This document shows positions 23,153-24,600 of a stretch of 24,600 nt of DNA, in pieces. The stretch covers positions 1 to 24,600 of the forward strand of contig JAPKGD010000001.1 of the NCBI GenBank assembly GCA_026648125.1, written 5' to 3'. The stretch's first letter is position 1, and every line of letters starts with the position of its first letter. Source of the stretch: Bdellovibrionales bacterium. GTDB lineage: Bacteria > Bdellovibrionota > Bdellovibrionia > Bdellovibrionales > UBA1609. The notes under the pieces were generated by a model, which searched no databases, was not told the origin of the DNA, and was given only the letters and a program-made list of their open reading frames with translations. The position numbers and the translations under genes were made by a program.

Positions 23153-24600
23153 AATCGGAGCCTATGTTCGTGTGTCCACCGAAGAGCAGGCCCAAGTCCT
23201 CGAAGGCTCGCTAGAAAGCCAGCAACATCGTTTGAAGGGATTTATCGCCCTAAAGAGCGCGCATGAATCAGGCTGGGGAAAGATCGTAGAAACTTATATT
23301 GATGACGGATATTCAGCGAAAGATACCAATCGCCCGGCCTATCAACGGATGATGAGAGACATCCGCGCTGGCAAAATTAATTTGATTCTTGTCACCGATA
23401 TCTCCCGCCTTTCAAGAAGTATTCATGATTTTTGTGTCCTCTTAAAAGAGCTCGACGAACACAAAGCGAAGTTCCTCTCAGTCAAGGAACAGTTCGATAC
23501 AAGCACCCCGGCTGGGGAAATGATGATCTATAATATGGTGAATCTCGCTCAGTTCGAGCGGAAGCAAACCTCCGAACGCGTATCGATGAATTTCCATTCA
23601 CGCGCTCTTCGCGGGCTACTCAATGGTGGCAGCCCTATCCTTGGGTACGACAAAGATCCTTCCAATCCGGGAAAGCTGGTTGTCAATAATGATGAAGTGC
23701 CGATGGTTAGGAAGGTATTTGAAATTTACCTCGAAACAGGCAGCTTGCAGGAAACGGCGATTCGCCTCAATGGAACCGGAATTCTTCCGAAAATCGGCAA
23801 GGGTCGCAAGTATAGGCACATCGCGAGCGGCAGATGGACCGTGAGTACCGTTAGAAGTCACTTAACGAACCTCGCTTACGCTGGTAAACGCGAGGTAAAT
23901 CGAAGGTACAAATGCGAGGATCAAGATTACTTGAAGCCTTGGCAAAGATACCAGATCGTAAGCGCCTCCTGGCCAGCAATCATCAATGAAGAGTCCTTCA
24001 ACATTGTCCAAAAGATGATCGAGGACAATCGGCTCAAGGAACGAGATCGTTTCAAAAAGGGTGAGCGACGATTTTTTCTTTTGTCGGGTATCATTCGTTG
24101 CGGTGATTGTGGCCGGGCCTTGATAGGTCAAGCGGCGACAGGCCGTAACCAAACCCACCGCTATTACGGGCATCGGCAAGTGGTCGGGGAAGCAATCACT
24201 TGCAAGCATAAACGCTTTCGTTCCGAAGAAATCGAAACCGCTGTAGTTGACCACCTGGACGACATTCTTTTGCGTGCTGGTCACTTGGACTCGATCGAAA
24301 TGAATATCAAGAAGATTTACGGCGCTCATGGATCAGACCTGACTTCGGAAAGAGATCGCGTCGCCAAGGAATTAGTGAAGCTGGATAAAGACATCGAATC
24401 CGCGTTTCGACTCCACGCCGAGATGAATGGATCGCCTGAAGTTCTGAACGTGGTTCAGGAGAAGTTACAGAATTTGGCGGAGAAGAAACGAAAGCTGGTT
24501 TCTTACAAAGAGTCTTTGCTGGCTCAGATCGATACACACAAGGACGCCAGAGAAGCGAGATCTGTTATTGAAGATCGCGCCCTGGCATTTAAGAAGGGCT
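23142..24600 (+). CDS. Large serine recombinase (integrase), partial at window end
   Basis: The frame is open from ATG 23142 to the window edge. It reads MPHKIGAYVRVSTEEQ (catalytic Ser), DDGYSAKDTNRPAYQRM, DISRLSRS and AQFERKQTSER, then a recombinase domain, the zinc ribbon LSGIIRCGDCG and a coiled coil. Not in the ORF track because there is no stop. Confidence 0.95.
   Translation, partial: MPHKIGAYVRVSTEEQAQVLEGSLESQQHRLKGFIALKSAHESGWGKIVETYIDDGYSAKDTNRPAYQRMMRDIRAGKINLILVTDISRLSRSIHDFCVLLKELDEHKAKFLSVKEQFDTSTPAGEMMIYNMVNLAQFERKQTSERVSMNFHSRALRGLLNGGSPILGYDKDPSNPGKLVVNNDEVPMVRKVFEIYLETGSLQETAIRLNGTGILPKIGKGRKYRHIASGRWTVSTVRSHLTNLAYAGKREVNRRYKCEDQDYLKPWQRYQIVSASWPAIINEESFNIVQKMIEDNRLKERDRFKKGERRFFLLSGIIRCGDCGRALIGQAATGRNQTHRYYGHRQVVGEAITCKHKRFRSEEIETAVVDHLDDILLRAGHLDSIEMNIKKIYGAHGSDLTSERDRVAKELVKLDKDIESAFRLHAEMNGSPEVLNVVQEKLQNLAEKKRKLVSYKESLLAQIDTHKDAREARSVIEDRALAFKKG

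Larger units (their letters stand above)
11078..24600 (+). mobile_element. Core of a probable integrative conjugative element (T4SS + T4CP + relaxase + serine integrase); the metal cluster at 2070-10811 is likely cargo
   Basis: Mating-pair genes, coupling protein, relaxase and integrase are co-oriented in one block. No att sites are visible in the window. Confidence 0.8.

Noticed and set aside
23616-24537. Minus-strand ORFs listed over the last kilobase
   Set aside because: They are antisense to the uninterrupted serine recombinase frame, which the ORF track missed.
1-24600. CRISPR arrays, rRNA/tRNA genes and att sites
   Set aside because: I saw no repeat-spacer periodicity or RNA-gene signature. 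att sites probably lie outside the window and cannot be identified from one end.
2070-24600. Assigning the element to a specific taxon (my impression was Bdellovibrionota-like)
   Set aside because: This is only an impression from protein style and cannot be supported without database searches.

Overview
The window has three blocks. (1) 1-2070 is a high-GC nest of insertion sequences: the 3' end of an IS3-type DDE transposase, then a complete ISNCY/IS5-like IS with terminal inverted repeats in a CTAG-rich target. The nest truncates an ArsR-family regulator. (2) 2070-10811 is lower-GC metal-homeostasis cargo: a cytochrome c-FTR1 (PbrT-like) permease, then a czcI-like gene, a 57-aa lipoprotein missed by the ORF track, a TolC/CzcC channel, an unusually short His-rich adaptor, a CzcA-type RND pump and a second lipoprotein, and a convergent DsrE-family gene. 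(3) 11078-24600 is the core of a probable integrative conjugative element (ICE). It carries a compact, translationally coupled virB2-B3-B4-B5-B6-B8-B9-B10-virD4 cluster with no recognisable virB11 or virB1, a glycine-zipper lipoprotein and a MOBC-motif relaxase. These are followed by a strongly structured intergenic region (candidate oriT), a possible RHH accessory protein, a DUF3024-Xre pair, a small AT-hook-like protein and a large serine recombinase that runs off the right edge and is absent from the ORF track. The most unusual items are the minimal VirB11-less/MOBC/serine-recombinase ICE, the RND system whose adaptor seems reduced to its membrane-proximal domain, and an excess of Ala-Ala C-termini. 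All family assignments come from motif recognition by eye; no database searches were run.
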